A stretch of DNA of 64,000 bases from Gemmatimonadota bacterium (GCA_965116475.1 OZ220691.1:608001-672000), one strand, 5' to 3'; shown: positions 27,865 through 38,493, counted from the stretch's first letter. Numbers and translations: made by a program. The notes: generated by a model from the letters alone, not told the origin.

Positions 27865-29924
27865 GAGCCGTCGTCCTCCGCGTCCTCCTCCTCCGTCGTC
27901 ACGGCCGGCCGGTGCGTCCCCCACTGCTCGAACCACTTCCTCAGGTAGAGCTGTGTGCGCAGGAAATTCGACGGACGCGAACTCGTCCCGTGCCACTCCC
28001 CCTGGAAGCGCACCATGACCGTCGGCACGCCCTCGTAGTGCAGCGCCTGGTAGAACTCCTCGGTCTGACCCATGGGCGTCCGCAGGTCCATCTCCCCGGT
28101 CATCAGCATCGTCGGCGTCGTCACGTTCCCGACGTAGAAGATGGACGAGCGGTCCATCCACTCCTCCGGGTCCTCCCAGAAGGGCTGCTCGAAGGTGCGC
28201 AGGTAGGCGATGGCATCCGACGTCCCCATCGCCGACATCCAGTTCACGATCGGACAGTTCGCCGACGCGGCCCGGAAGCGGTCCGTGTTCCCGACGATGT
28301 ACGAGGTGAGGATGCCGCCGCCCGAGCACCCGTACACGAACAGGTTGTCCTCGTCCACGTAGCCGCGACGCAGCATCTCGTCGACCCCGCCCATGAGGTC
28401 GGGGAAGTCCGCGCCCGGATAGTCGTGGTTGATCGCGTTCGCGAACTCCGTCCCGTATCCCGTGCTCCCCCGCGGGTTCGTGTAGAGGACGACATAGTCG
28501 TTCGAGGCGTGCTCCTGGAAGGCGAAGTTGAACCCGCCGTTGTACATCGCGTGCGGCCCGCCGTGGATGGCGAGCATCAGCGGATACTCGCGGTTCGGGT
28601 CGAAGTCGGGCGGTTTCACGATCCAGCCCTGGATCCGGAAGCCGTCCGTCGACTCGTACCAGACCTCCTCCACCTCGCCCAGGGTCACGCCGTGGAGCAC
28701 GTCCGCGTTCACCTCCGTGAGCCGCGTGGCGTCGCCCGGGTTCGAGAGGGAGAACCGGTAGATGTCCCCGGGTTCGTGGTCCGTCGAGATCGTGCCGACC
28801 GCCGTGCCGCCGTCGGAGAAGGAGGAGAGGGAGAAGAGATGCGCACCGTCGGTGAGCTGCGTGACGCCGCCGTCGACGGAGACGAAGTGGAGCTGCCGGT
28901 ACCCTTCCCGGTTCACGTTGAAGTAGAGGCCGCTCCCGTCGGGCGCCCACTGGAAGCCGCCGGACTGCCGGTCATAGTCCCCGGAGATGAGCCGCGAGCC
29001 GGACCCGTCCCGGTTCATCACGTGGATGCGGTTGTTCCGGTAGGTGTCGCGGTGCTCGTCCCCCACGCTGTAGGCGATGAGGCGGCCGTCCGGCGAGGGC
29101 ACGGGACCCGCGTCGGCGCCGCGCCGATCCGTGAGCTGGCGGATCGTGCCGGAGGCCAAGGAGACGGCGTAGATCTCCGACTCCTGCCAGTGCTCGGGCC
29201 GATCCCAGTCCGGGACGCGGTAGGAGGAGAAGTAGATCTCGCTCCCGTCGGGGCTCCAGGCGATCCCGCCGTGGTTCCAGTCCCCGGTCGTGAGCTGGCG
29301 GGCGGCGCCCCCGTCGGCCGGGACGACGAACACGTGGGTCCAGCCGGTGTCGACGTACCCCTGGCGGTCGCGCTTGTAGCCGGCGCGCTCGACGATCTTC
29401 GGCCCGGTGGTCCACGTCGCGCCATCCGGCCGCGAGGGAAGATCGACGCCGGCGAAGTCCGCGCGGTCGTTCACCCGGCTCGTGAAGGCGATCCACTCGC
29501 CGTCGGGCGACCAGCGGGGGGAGGAGGGGCCGTTCTCGAGGCGGGTGACCTGGGTCGTGGCGCCCTCCTCATCCATCCAGCGCACGAAGATCTGGCTCCC
29601 GGAGGGCTCGCCCGCCGCCGTGTACAGGATGCGCGTGCCGTCCGGCGACCAGCGCACCCCGCCGCCCTCGACGAGCGCCCGCTTCCGGCTGCCGTCCGCG
29701 TTCATCATGTAGAGGGACGACTCGCGCCGGTCGTTGACCTTGTCCACCCAGCCGCGGGTGTAGACGATCCTCGACCCGTCCGGCGAGATCCGCGGGTTGG
29801 AGACCGACTCCATGTCCATGTAGTGGTCGAGCGACAGCCGGCGGGTCTGGGCCGCCGCGTCCGCGGCGAGCGCTCCGCCGGCGATGGTCGCCAACAGCAC
29901 GGCGCTTCCAAGCTTCGTCTTCAT
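27861..29924 (-). CDS. S9 (prolyl oligopeptidase/acylaminoacyl peptidase) family secreted peptidase
   Basis: Signal peptide, WSPDG propeller, IHGGP, NPRGSTGYG, GCSGGG nucleophile, D(LRTP) and WHG triad residues. Confidence 0.92.
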   Translation of the reverse strand: MKTKLGSAVLLATIAGGALAADAAAQTRRLSLDHYMDMESVSNPRISPDGSRIVYTRGWVDKVNDRRESSLYMMNADGSRKRALVEGGGVRWSPDGTRILYTAAGEPSGSQIFVRWMDEEGATTQVTRLENGPSSPRWSPDGEWIAFTSRVNDRADFAGVDLPSRPDGATWTTGPKIVERAGYKRDRQGYVDTGWTHVFVVPADGGAARQLTTGDWNHGGIAWSPDGSEIYFSSYRVPDWDRPEHWQESEIYAVSLASGTIRQLTDRRGADAGPVPSPDGRLIAYSVGDEHRDTYRNNRIHVMNRDGSGSRLISGDYDRQSGGFQWAPDGSGLYFNVNREGYRQLHFVSVDGGVTQLTDGAHLFSLSSFSDGGTAVGTISTDHEPGDIYRFSLSNPGDATRLTEVNADVLHGVTLGEVEEVWYESTDGFRIQGWIVKPPDFDPNREYPLMLAIHGGPHAMYNGGFNFAFQEHASNDYVVLYTNPRGSTGYGTEFANAINHDYPGADFPDLMGGVDEMLRRGYVDEDNLFVYGCSGGGILTSYIVGNTDRFRAASANCPIVNWMSAMGTSDAIAYLRTFEQPFWEDPEEWMDRSSIFYVGNVTTPTMLMTGEMDLRTPMGQTEEFYQALHYEGVPTVMVRFQGEWHGTSSRPSNFLRTQLYLRKWFEQWGTHRPAVTTEEEDAEDDGS

Positions 29925-30175
29925 CCTTCACTCCTTCGCTTCATGACCGGCCCCCCGTCGAACCCGTCAGTATCGCGCTTGACCTCATCCCAGTCGAGTA
30001 CGGGATCGCCGGGGTCGCCCAGCCGCTCCACGGCAACCTCCAGGTCGTCGAAATCTTCCAGATATCGCTCCAGCGCCTGCCGAACGATGTCGCCCCGGCT
30101 TCGCCCCAGTGTTGACGCCGCGGCATCCAAGGCTTCGATCATCGCGCCGGGGACGCGTGCAGTGATCTGACCCAT
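29921..30175 (-). CDS. Ribbon-helix-helix (CopG/RelB-like) antitoxin-type protein, no cognate toxin
   Basis: QITARVP....ALD..A..LGRSR..IVRQALERYLEDFDDL...RL.DP.DP..DWDEVK. Confidence 0.75.
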   Translation of the reverse strand: MGQITARVPGAMIEALDAAASTLGRSRGDIVRQALERYLEDFDDLEVAVERLGDPGDPVLDWDEVKRDTDGFDGGPVMKRRSEG

Positions 30176-30202
30176 ATCCATCAACGGACCTCCATCACAT
30201 CT

Positions 30203-31111
30203 CTAGAGGATTGCGGCGCCGAGGGCGGAGGCGATGAGGCCGACGCCGAGTTCGGCGGTCTGGTTGCGGTGGTCGAGGATGGGGTTGAGTTCGACGAGTT
30301 CGAGGCTCAGCAGCGTTCCCGAGTGCGCGGCCTTCTCGCACACGAGGTGTCCTTCGCGGTAGGTGAGGCCGCCGCGGACGGGCGTTCCCACGCCGGGGGC
30401 GATACGCGGGTCGAGCGCGTCGACGTCGAACGAGAGGTGGAACCCGCACGTGCCGGCGACGGCGCGCTCCACGGCCTCGTCCATGCAGGCTCCCACGCCG
30501 CGCTCGTCGATCTCGGACATCGTGAACACGCGGACGCCCAGCTCCCGGACGAGCCGCTTCTCGCCCGCATCCAGCGAGCGCGCGCCCAGGACGCTCACGT
30601 TTTCCGGCGCGACCCTCGGCGCCCCGCGGGTCAGTTGCGGCTCCCCGTGCCCCAGCAGCACGGCGAGCGACATCCCGTGAATGTTCCCGGTGGGCGTGGT
30701 GTCGGGGCGGTTCATGTCGGCGTGGGCGTCCACCCAGATGACCCCGATGGACGCCCCCCGGGACCGGTGGTGGTCGGCGACCGCCGCCACCGACCCGATC
30801 GAGAGCGAATGATCTCCACCGAGCACGAGCGGGGTGCAGTCCCGGTCGAATCCTGCGCGCACGAGCTTCCGCGTCTCCTCCGCGACGTGGACGATCTCGT
30901 CCAGGAAGCGCAGTTCGTGTTCGCCCGCGTCCGTGGTCTCCAGCCCGCCGGCCGTCACGGTGCCGAGTTCGACGATGTTGTGGCCGATGGCCTCGATCTC
31001 CCGGCTGATCCCGGCGATGCGGAGGGCGGAGGGACCCATGTCCACGCCCCGGCGTCCGGCGCCGAGGTCGATGGAGACGGAGATCAGCGCGATGTCCCGA
31101 TGTTCGTTCAA
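30203..31111 (-). CDS. rocF: Arginase
   Basis: DLGAGRRGVDMGP, GGDHS, DAHADMN, HGM, SFDVDALDP, GGLTYRE, ELNP. TTG start with AGAGGA RBS. Confidence 0.92.
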   Translation of the reverse strand: MNEHRDIALISVSIDLGAGRRGVDMGPSALRIAGISREIEAIGHNIVELGTVTAGGLETTDAGEHELRFLDEIVHVAEETRKLVRAGFDRDCTPLVLGGDHSLSIGSVAAVADHHRSRGASIGVIWVDAHADMNRPDTTPTGNIHGMSLAVLLGHGEPQLTRGAPRVAPENVSVLGARSLDAGEKRLVRELGVRVFTMSEIDERGVGACMDEAVERAVAGTCGFHLSFDVDALDPRIAPGVGTPVRGGLTYREGHLVCEKAAHSGTLLSLELVELNPILDHRNQTAELGVGLIASALGAAIL

Positions 31112-31122
31112 GAATCGTTCCT

Positions 31123-31148
31123 CTTTGGTTGGTCGCTTTGGTTGGTCG
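31123..31148. repeat. Perfect 13-bp tandem duplication CTTTGGTTGGTCG x2 adjoining the arginase RBS
   Basis: Read directly from the sequence. Confidence 0.85.
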
Positions 31149-31235
31149 CGGGTACCGGCCGACACTACTATAACGCTCGTACGTACTTCACCCTGTCCAC
31201 AGAATAAGGGTTCAACGCCCGAACGGAGTCGGCGA

Positions 31236-34200
31236 ATGTTCTCGTTCCACCATCGTCTGCGGCCGGTCGGCCTCTTGTGGCTCGCACCGCTCGTCATCTC
31301 GCTGGCCGCCCCATCGCCCGGCCTGAGCCAGGAGGAGGAGAAGAAGGATCCGGACCGGGGTCTCCCCCTCGAGCCGGCGCGCTGGGCCCGATTCACGACG
31401 AGCGAGGGGACCTGGATCTCGCTCGACGTGAGTCCGGACGGCGAGACGATCGTCTTCGACCTCCTGGGCGACCTCTACAGGATGCCCATCGCGGGCGGCG
31501 AGGCGACGCGGCTCACGAGCGGCCTGCCGCACGACATGCAGCCGCGCTTCAGCCCGGACGGGTCGCGGATCGTCTTCGTCTCCGACCGCAGCGGCGACGA
31601 GAACGTGTGGCTCATCGACGCGGAGGGGGGCGAGCCGACGCAGCTCAGCAAGGGGATCGGGAGCGTCTTCCTCTCGCCGGAATGGATGCCGGACGGCAAG
31701 TACGTCGTCGTCTCGCGCTCGCGGGCCTTCTTCGGACTGGAGAAGCTCTGGCTCTATCACGTGGACGGCGGCACCGGCCTCGAGATGGTCGGCGGGAGCG
31801 GGGCGCAGCGCATGCTGGGGGCGGCGGTCGACGCCGACGGGCGCTACGTCTGGTACGCACAGCGTCTCGGCACCTGGCAATACAACGCGATCTTCCCGCA
31901 GTACCAGCTCTGGGTCTACGACCGCCGGACCGGGACGCGCACGCCGATGACGAGCCGCTACGGCTCGGCGTTCCGGCCCGCCCTCTCGCCCGATGGAGAG
32001 TGGCTCGCCTACGCCAGCCGCGAGGACACGGAGACCGGGATCCGGCTCCGCGAACTCGACTCGGGCGAGGAGCGCTGGCTCGCCTATCCCGTGCAGCGGG
32101 ATGACCAGGAGTCGACGGCCTCGATGGACGTGCACCCGGGCTACGCCTTCACGCCGGACTCCGAGGCGATCGTCATCTCCTACGGCGGCGGGATCTGGCG
32201 CGTTCCGGTCGACGGCAGCGACCCGGCGGAGATCCCGTTCACGGTCCACGCGGAGGTCGCGGTCGGCCCGGAGGTCGACTTCGAGTACCCGATCGAGGAC
32301 ACGCCGACTTTCGTCGTGAAGCAGATCCGCAACACGCGGCCGTCGCCCGACGGCTCGCGCGTCGCCTTTACGGCGCTGGACCGGCTCTACGTCGCGGACC
32401 TTGCCGACGGAACGCCGCGCCGCCTCACGGAGGACGAGGTCGGAGAGTATCACCCGGTGTGGTCTCCGGATGGGAGCTCGGTGGCCTACGTGACGTGGGA
32501 TGATGACGCGGGCGAGGGCCACATCCGCCGCGTGTCCGCGGAGGGCGGCGCGAGCACGAACCTCACGCAGGAGCCCGCCTACTACCAGCAGCCCGCCTGG
32601 TCCCCCGACGGCGGGCGCATCGTGGCGATCCGCTCGTCGCGCCGGAACGTGCAGGAGGCGGTCGACCCCTTCATCGGCTTCGGGCTCGACTCCGAGTTCG
32701 TGTGGGTTCCGTCCGGGGGCGGGGACCTGACCCGCATCGGCCCCACCGGCGGCCGCCGGGAACCACACTTCACGTCGGACCCGGACCGCATCTACTACTA
32801 CGGCCTGGCGCGCGCGGAGGCGGTGCCCGGGTCGCCGGTTCCGCCCACACCGACGACCGCGCTCTCCTCCGCCCGCTGGGACGACACGGACCGGCGGCAG
32901 CACCTGGCGGTGACGGCCCGTGCGAACCTGGAGGCGGGCGGCGTGCCGGCGGCGTATGAGCGGTACGAACGCTCGCCGCGGTCCGACCTCCCCATGCCGC
33001 GGACGCACGACGACGACCAGCCGCGGGAACTCATCCTGCGCCTGGGGGCCGGGTCGGTCGTCATGGCGCCTCAGGGCGACCTGGCGCTGGCCCACATCGG
33101 CGACGACCTGTACGCGGTGACGGTGCCGGACCTCGGCGCCACGCTGCCCCGGATCGACGTCGCCAAGCCGGACTCGGCGGGGGTGCCCGCGTGGAAGCTC
33201 AACGACCTCGGGGCGGAGTTCCCGGTATGGGGGGCCGACGGACGGACGGTCCACTGGTCGCTGGGCAACGCCCTCTTCACGTACGACCTGGACGCGGCCC
33301 TCGCGGACACGGCCTACACGCCCGCCGAACGGCGGATCGAGGTGACGGCCGAGCGCGACATCCCGCGCGGCACCGTGGTCCTCCGCGGCGGACGCGCGAT
33401 CACCATGAACGGCGACGAGATCCTCGAGAACGCCGACATCGTCGTCACCGACAACCGGATCACGTCGGTGCGGGCGGGGCCGGGCGAGGTGCCCGAGGGC
33501 GCGCAGGTCATCGACATCGGCGGCAAGACCGTCGTCCCCGGGTTCGTGGACACCCACGCCCACATGTGGAACCTGTGGGACTTCCACTGGGCGCGGCCGT
33601 GGATCTACCAGGCCAACCTCGCCTACGGGGTGACGACGACCCGCGATCCGCAGACGGCGACGACCGACGTCCTCTCCTACGAGGACATGGTGCGGGCGGG
33701 CCGGATGGTGGGACCGCGCGTCTATCACACGGGACCCGGCGTCTTCCAGTTCGACTTCATCCGCAGCTACGAGCACGCGCTCGACGTCCTGCGGAAGTAC
33801 AGCCGGTACTACGACACGAAGACGTTCAAGATGTACATGTCCGGCAACCGGCGTCAGCGTCAGTGGCTCATCATGGCGGCGCGCGAACTCGGCCTCATGC
33901 CCACGACGGAGGGCGGCCTCGAGTACCGCCTCAACATGACGCACGCCATGGACGGATACCCGGGGATCGAGCACTCGATGCCGATCGTGCCGGCGTACAA
34001 CGACGTCGTCGAACTGTTCGCGACGTCGGGCACGGTGAACTCCCCCACCCTCCTCGTCTCCTACGGGGGGCCGTGGGCGGAGAACTACTTCTACACGCGC
34101 TGGGACATCTTCGGCGACGAGAAGCTCACGCACTTCACGCCCAAGCGGGAACTCGACATCAAGGCGCGGCGCCTGGGGCTCTTCACGGGGCCGGGGCCGG

Positions 34201-34664
34201 GCGGCTGGTTCCACGAGGACGAATACGCCTTCCCGAAGCACGCGGCGTGGCTCGCGGACCTGGTGGAGGGTGGCGGAAACACCGGCGTCGGGAGCCACGG
34301 CCAGCTGCAGGGCCTCGGCTACCACTGGGAGTTGTGGGCGCTGCAGAGCGGCGGCATGGACGAGCACGACGCGCTGCGCGCCGCGACGCTGATGGGGGCC
34401 GAGGCGATCGGCCTCGGCGGCGATCTGGGCTCCATCGAACCCGGCAAGCTCGCGGACCTCGTGATCCTCGACGCGGATCCGCTCGCGAACATCCGGAACA
34501 CGAACGAGATCGACAAGGTGATGATGAACGGGCGACTCTACGACGGCGACACGCTCGACGAACTGTGGCCGAGACAACGGCCGGCCCCGAACGAACCGTG
34601 GCGGGACACCGCGCCCGCGGTAACGACCACCGTAAGTGTCGGCGACCGGGGAGGTGACCGATGA
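31236..34664 (+). CDS. Secreted PD40/TolB-like beta-propeller + amidohydrolase protein
   Basis: Signal peptide; EGTWISLDVSPDG..IVFDLLGDLY; DTHAH; YGVTTTRDP; GSHGQ; GSIEPGKLADLV. Confidence 0.88.
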   Translation: MFSFHHRLRPVGLLWLAPLVISLAAPSPGLSQEEEKKDPDRGLPLEPARWARFTTSEGTWISLDVSPDGETIVFDLLGDLYRMPIAGGEATRLTSGLPHDMQPRFSPDGSRIVFVSDRSGDENVWLIDAEGGEPTQLSKGIGSVFLSPEWMPDGKYVVVSRSRAFFGLEKLWLYHVDGGTGLEMVGGSGAQRMLGAAVDADGRYVWYAQRLGTWQYNAIFPQYQLWVYDRRTGTRTPMTSRYGSAFRPALSPDGEWLAYASREDTETGIRLRELDSGEERWLAYPVQRDDQESTASMDVHPGYAFTPDSEAIVISYGGGIWRVPVDGSDPAEIPFTVHAEVAVGPEVDFEYPIEDTPTFVVKQIRNTRPSPDGSRVAFTALDRLYVADLADGTPRRLTEDEVGEYHPVWSPDGSSVAYVTWDDDAGEGHIRRVSAEGGASTNLTQEPAYYQQPAWSPDGGRIVAIRSSRRNVQEAVDPFIGFGLDSEFVWVPSGGGDLTRIGPTGGRREPHFTSDPDRIYYYGLARAEAVPGSPVPPTPTTALSSARWDDTDRRQHLAVTARANLEAGGVPAAYERYERSPRSDLPMPRTHDDDQPRELILRLGAGSVVMAPQGDLALAHIGDDLYAVTVPDLGATLPRIDVAKPDSAGVPAWKLNDLGAEFPVWGADGRTVHWSLGNALFTYDLDAALADTAYTPAERRIEVTAERDIPRGTVVLRGGRAITMNGDEILENADIVVTDNRITSVRAGPGEVPEGAQVIDIGGKTVVPGFVDTHAHMWNLWDFHWARPWIYQANLAYGVTTTRDPQTATTDVLSYEDMVRAGRMVGPRVYHTGPGVFQFDFIRSYEHALDVLRKYSRYYDTKTFKMYMSGNRRQRQWLIMAARELGLMPTTEGGLEYRLNMTHAMDGYPGIEHSMPIVPAYNDVVELFATSGTVNSPTLLVSYGGPWAENYFYTRWDIFGDEKLTHFTPKRELDIKARRLGLFTGPGPGGWFHEDEYAFPKHAAWLADLVEGGGNTGVGSHGQLQGLGYHWELWALQSGGMDEHDALRAATLMGAEAIGLGGDLGSIEPGKLADLVILDADPLANIRNTNEIDKVMMNGRLYDGDTLDELWPRQRPAPNEPWRDTAPAVTTTVSVGDRGGDR

Positions 34665-37600
34665 GCCCCCGCGAGAGGCTGGCACGGATCGGCAGGGCGG
34701 CGGCGCTGGCCGCGCTGGTCGCTTCGGTGGCCGGGGTTCCGGCGGCGGCCCAGGTGGTGTTGGGCCCCGGCGGTCCCGGAAACCGCAATCCGCTCCCCCT
34801 GCGCGGCGCCCGCAAGGCCACGTTCACGGCCACCGAGGGCACGTGGATGTCGCTCGACGTGAGTCCGGACGGCACGACGATCGTGTTCGACCTCCTGGGC
34901 GACCTCTACACGATGCCCATCGAGGGCGGATCGGCGTCGCCCCTCCTCACGGGGATGGCCTACGACACGCAGCCCCGCTTCAGCCCGGACGGCGAGTCGG
35001 TGGCCTTCATCTCCGACCGCAGCGGGGGCGACGCGCTGTGGAAGATGCGGCTCGATCTCACGGACACCACCCGGGTGGCCGGCGGCGGATCCAGCCTCAT
35101 GCTGTCGCCCGAATGGAGCCCCGACGGCGTCTACATCGTGGCCAGCCGCTCGAGCGGGCTCGGCGGGGTGGCGCAGCTCGCCATGTACCACGCCGAGCGC
35201 GGGTCTCCCCTGCCGCTGCCGGGATCGCCCCTGCAGAAGCGGATCGGCGCGGCGTTCAGCCCGGACGGCCGCTACGTCTGGTACGCGGGGGGGTCCGGCG
35301 ACTGGACGTACAACGCGGTGCTGCCGCTCTACCAGCTCTACCGCTACGACCGTGACACGGGCACGACGACGACCATGACGAACCGGTACGGGTCCGCGTT
35401 CCGCCCGGCGATCTCGCCCGACGGCCGCTGGCTCGTGTACGGCACCCGCTACAACGCGGACACGGGGCTCCGGAAGCGGGACCTCGAGACGGGCGAGGAG
35501 AGCTGGCTCGCCTACCCCGTGCAGCGCGACGAGCAGGAGTCGCGGGCGCCGCTCGACCTCCTGCCGGGCTACGCCTTCCTGCCGGACGGTTCGGCGATCG
35601 TCATCTCCTACGGGGGCAGGATCTGGAACGTTCCCATGGACGGGGGCGAACCGGCGGAAATCCCGTTCGAGGCGGAGGTCGAACTCGATGTCGGCCCGCG
35701 CGTGTCGTTCGAGTACCAGATCGACACCACGGCGATGGTCACGGCGAGCCAGATCCGGAGCCCCGTCGTCGGGCCCGATGGCGAGCAGGTGGTGTTCACG
35801 GCCTTCGACCGCCTCTGGATCCGCGACCTGCCCGATGGCGAGGCGCGCCGCCTCACGGAGGGCGATGCGGGCGAGTTCCACCCGCAGTGGTCGCCCGATG
35901 GCCGCTGGATCGCCTACACGACGTGGGACGACACCGACGGCGGCCACATCATGAAGGTGGCCGCGGAGGGCGGCGAACCGATCCGGCTCTCGGCCACGGC
36001 GGCCCTCTACTACAACGTGGCGTGGTCGCCGGATGGCGGGCGGATCGTCGCCTCGCGCGGCGCCGCGCGTCAGCTCAAGGAAGCGGCGGGCGCCTTCTTC
36101 GGGCCCATCGGCGGCGAGTTCGTGTGGGTGCCGGCGGCCGGGCCGGAGCCGGCGGAGGCGGAGGTCATCTCGCCCACCGGACTCCGCGACGTGCCGCACT
36201 TCGCGGCGGACGACCCGGACCGGATCTACGCCTACAGCCCGGTCGAGGGGCTCGTGTCCTTCCGCTGGGACGGCACGGACGTGAAGCGCCATCTGATCGT
36301 GCGCGGGCGCCAGGGCATCGCCGGCATCGGCGACCCCCACCCCAACGAGTGGGAGTTCCTGCCCCGGCGGGTCTTCCCGTGGCGGCAGGGCCCCGACCCC
36401 ACCGACCCCGACCCCGCGGCCGAGCCCGGCGGACCGACGCCCGCGGGCCTGATCATGCTCTCTCCCGAGGCGGACCGCGCCTTCGTGCAGTTCGGACGCG
36501 ACCTCTACGTCGTGGACATGGCCGAGATCGGAGAGCAGCCCCCGACGATCATGCTCATCACGCTGAACTCCGCCCCGCTGCCGATCCGCAAGGTCACGGA
36601 CGTGGGCGGCGAGTTCCCCTCCTGGGCGCCGGACGGCGGCGCCCTGCACTGGTCTCTGGGGAACGTCCTGTTCACCTACGACCTGGACCACGTCGAGGCC
36701 GAGGAGGAGGAGGAGGAGGTCACCGCCCGGGGGCGCGCCCTCCTGCGCGTGAGAGCGGCGGCGATCACCGACACGCTCGCGGAGAAGCGGGCCGAGGTGG
36801 ACAGCCTGGAGAACGCCGACGAGGAGGTGCCGGAGGAGCTGGAGGACGAGATCACGCGGCTCCAGGCCGACTCCGTGCAGGTCGTGGCCGACTCGCTGCT
36901 GGCCCGCGCCGACTCGATCCGGCAGGCGGCCGAGGAGGTGGCGGAGAAATCGGCCGCGGTGCGGGCGGGCGACGAGGAGGTCCTCGCCGACACGACGGAG
37001 ACGTACGAGGCGCACGAGCGCCGGATCGAGGCGAAGCTGCCGCGCGACATCCCGCGCGGCACGGTCGCGCTCACGGGTGGGCGGATCATCACGATGACGG
37101 AGGTCCGCGACGAAGCCGCCAGCGACACGACGGGAGCCCCGGCCGATACCGCGGGCGCGGAGGAGGAGGAGGAACCGGAAGAGCCGGACGAGCCCGCCAT
37201 GAAGCCGCGCATCATCGAGAACGGCGTGGTGCTCGTGACGGACAACCGCATCGTCGCCGTGGGCCCGGCGGATTCGGTCGAGGTGCCGGACAGCGCCACG
37301 GTGATCGATGTCTCCGGCAAGACACTCGTCCCCGGCTTCATCGACACCCACTACCATGCGCAGTGGCTCGTGCCGGAGGTCCATCCGGAGGAGGTGTGGC
37401 AGTACCTCGCGACGCTCTCCTACGGCGTGACGACGACGCGCGATCCCCAGACCGCCACGACGGACATCCTGAGCTACACCGACCGGGTGCGGACCGGCGG
37501 CATGACCGGCCCGCGCATCTACTCGACGGGACCCGGCGTGTTCGCGGGCGAGAACATCCGCGACGCGGACCACGCCAAGACCATCCTGCGACGCTACGCC

Positions 37601-38461
37601 GAGTACTTCGACACGAAGACGCTCAAGATGTACATGTCGGGCAACCGCCAGCAGCGCCAGTGGATCATCCAGGCGGCGCGCGACCTCGAGCTCATGCCCA
37701 CGACCGAGGGCGGACTCGACTACAAGATCGACATCACGCACGCGATCGACGGATACCCCGGCATCGAGCACAACCTGCCGATCGCGCCGATCTACTCCGA
37801 CGTGGTGGAGCTGTTCAAGACGTCGGAGACGACGAACAGCCCGACGCTGCTCGTTTCATACGGCGGTCCGTTCGGGGAGAACTACTTCTACACGCACGAG
37901 GACGTGCTGGGAGATGAGAAGCTCGCGACGTTCGTGCCCAAGGCGAACATCGACGCGCGGGCGCGGCGGCGCGGGCCCGGCGCCGGGGGGAGCCCCGGAG
38001 AAGGCGGCTGGTTCCTCGAAGAGGAGTACGTCTTCGCGCGCCACGGCGAGTTCGTGAAAACGATGCTCGAAGAGGACGCCCGCATGGCCGTCGGGAGCCA
38101 CGGACAGATCCAGGGCGTCGGGTATCACTGGGAGCTGTGGGCGATGGCGGCCGGCGGCGCCTCGAACTTCGACATGCTCAGGGCGGCGACGATCCTCGGG
38201 GCCGAGGCGATCGGATTCGGGGATCAGCTCGGGAGCATCGAGCAGGGCAAGCTCGCGGACATCGTCGTCCTCAACTCGAACCCGCTCGACGACCTGCGGA
38301 ACACGGTCGACATCCGCTACGTGATGAAGGACGGACGGCTGTACGACGGGATGACGCTGGACGAGATGCACCCCGAGGCGCGGACGCTCGAGCGGCAGCG
38401 GCCGGCGGAGGAAAACGCCGTCGGCGCCGCCGCCGGAATCCGCGGGAACCCGCGCAGGTAG
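34661..38461 (+). CDS. Secreted PD40/TolB-like beta-propeller + amidohydrolase protein, tandem paralog with acidic insertions
   Basis: Same motifs (DTHYH, GSHGQ, GKLADIV). ATGA overlap with the upstream paralog. Confidence 0.88.
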   Translation: MSPRERLARIGRAAALAALVASVAGVPAAAQVVLGPGGPGNRNPLPLRGARKATFTATEGTWMSLDVSPDGTTIVFDLLGDLYTMPIEGGSASPLLTGMAYDTQPRFSPDGESVAFISDRSGGDALWKMRLDLTDTTRVAGGGSSLMLSPEWSPDGVYIVASRSSGLGGVAQLAMYHAERGSPLPLPGSPLQKRIGAAFSPDGRYVWYAGGSGDWTYNAVLPLYQLYRYDRDTGTTTTMTNRYGSAFRPAISPDGRWLVYGTRYNADTGLRKRDLETGEESWLAYPVQRDEQESRAPLDLLPGYAFLPDGSAIVISYGGRIWNVPMDGGEPAEIPFEAEVELDVGPRVSFEYQIDTTAMVTASQIRSPVVGPDGEQVVFTAFDRLWIRDLPDGEARRLTEGDAGEFHPQWSPDGRWIAYTTWDDTDGGHIMKVAAEGGEPIRLSATAALYYNVAWSPDGGRIVASRGAARQLKEAAGAFFGPIGGEFVWVPAAGPEPAEAEVISPTGLRDVPHFAADDPDRIYAYSPVEGLVSFRWDGTDVKRHLIVRGRQGIAGIGDPHPNEWEFLPRRVFPWRQGPDPTDPDPAAEPGGPTPAGLIMLSPEADRAFVQFGRDLYVVDMAEIGEQPPTIMLITLNSAPLPIRKVTDVGGEFPSWAPDGGALHWSLGNVLFTYDLDHVEAEEEEEEVTARGRALLRVRAAAITDTLAEKRAEVDSLENADEEVPEELEDEITRLQADSVQVVADSLLARADSIRQAAEEVAEKSAAVRAGDEEVLADTTETYEAHERRIEAKLPRDIPRGTVALTGGRIITMTEVRDEAASDTTGAPADTAGAEEEEEPEEPDEPAMKPRIIENGVVLVTDNRIVAVGPADSVEVPDSATVIDVSGKTLVPGFIDTHYHAQWLVPEVHPEEVWQYLATLSYGVTTTRDPQTATTDILSYTDRVRTGGMTGPRIYSTGPGVFAGENIRDADHAKTILRRYAEYFDTKTLKMYMSGNRQQRQWIIQAARDLELMPTTEGGLDYKIDITHAIDGYPGIEHNLPIAPIYSDVVELFKTSETTNSPTLLVSYGGPFGENYFYTHEDVLGDEKLATFVPKANIDARARRRGPGAGGSPGEGGWFLEEEYVFARHGEFVKTMLEEDARMAVGSHGQIQGVGYHWELWAMAAGGASNFDMLRAATILGAEAIGFGDQLGSIEQGKLADIVVLNSNPLDDLRNTVDIRYVMKDGRLYDGMTLDEMHPEARTLERQRPAEENAVGAAAGIRGNPRR

Positions 38462-38465
38462 CGAA

Positions 38466-38493
38466 CTAGCGCATGTAGCCTAGCGCATGTAGC
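38466..38493. repeat. Perfect 14-bp tandem duplication CTAGCGCATGTAGC x2 covering the stop of the SBP gene
   Basis: Read directly from the sequence. Confidence 0.85.
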
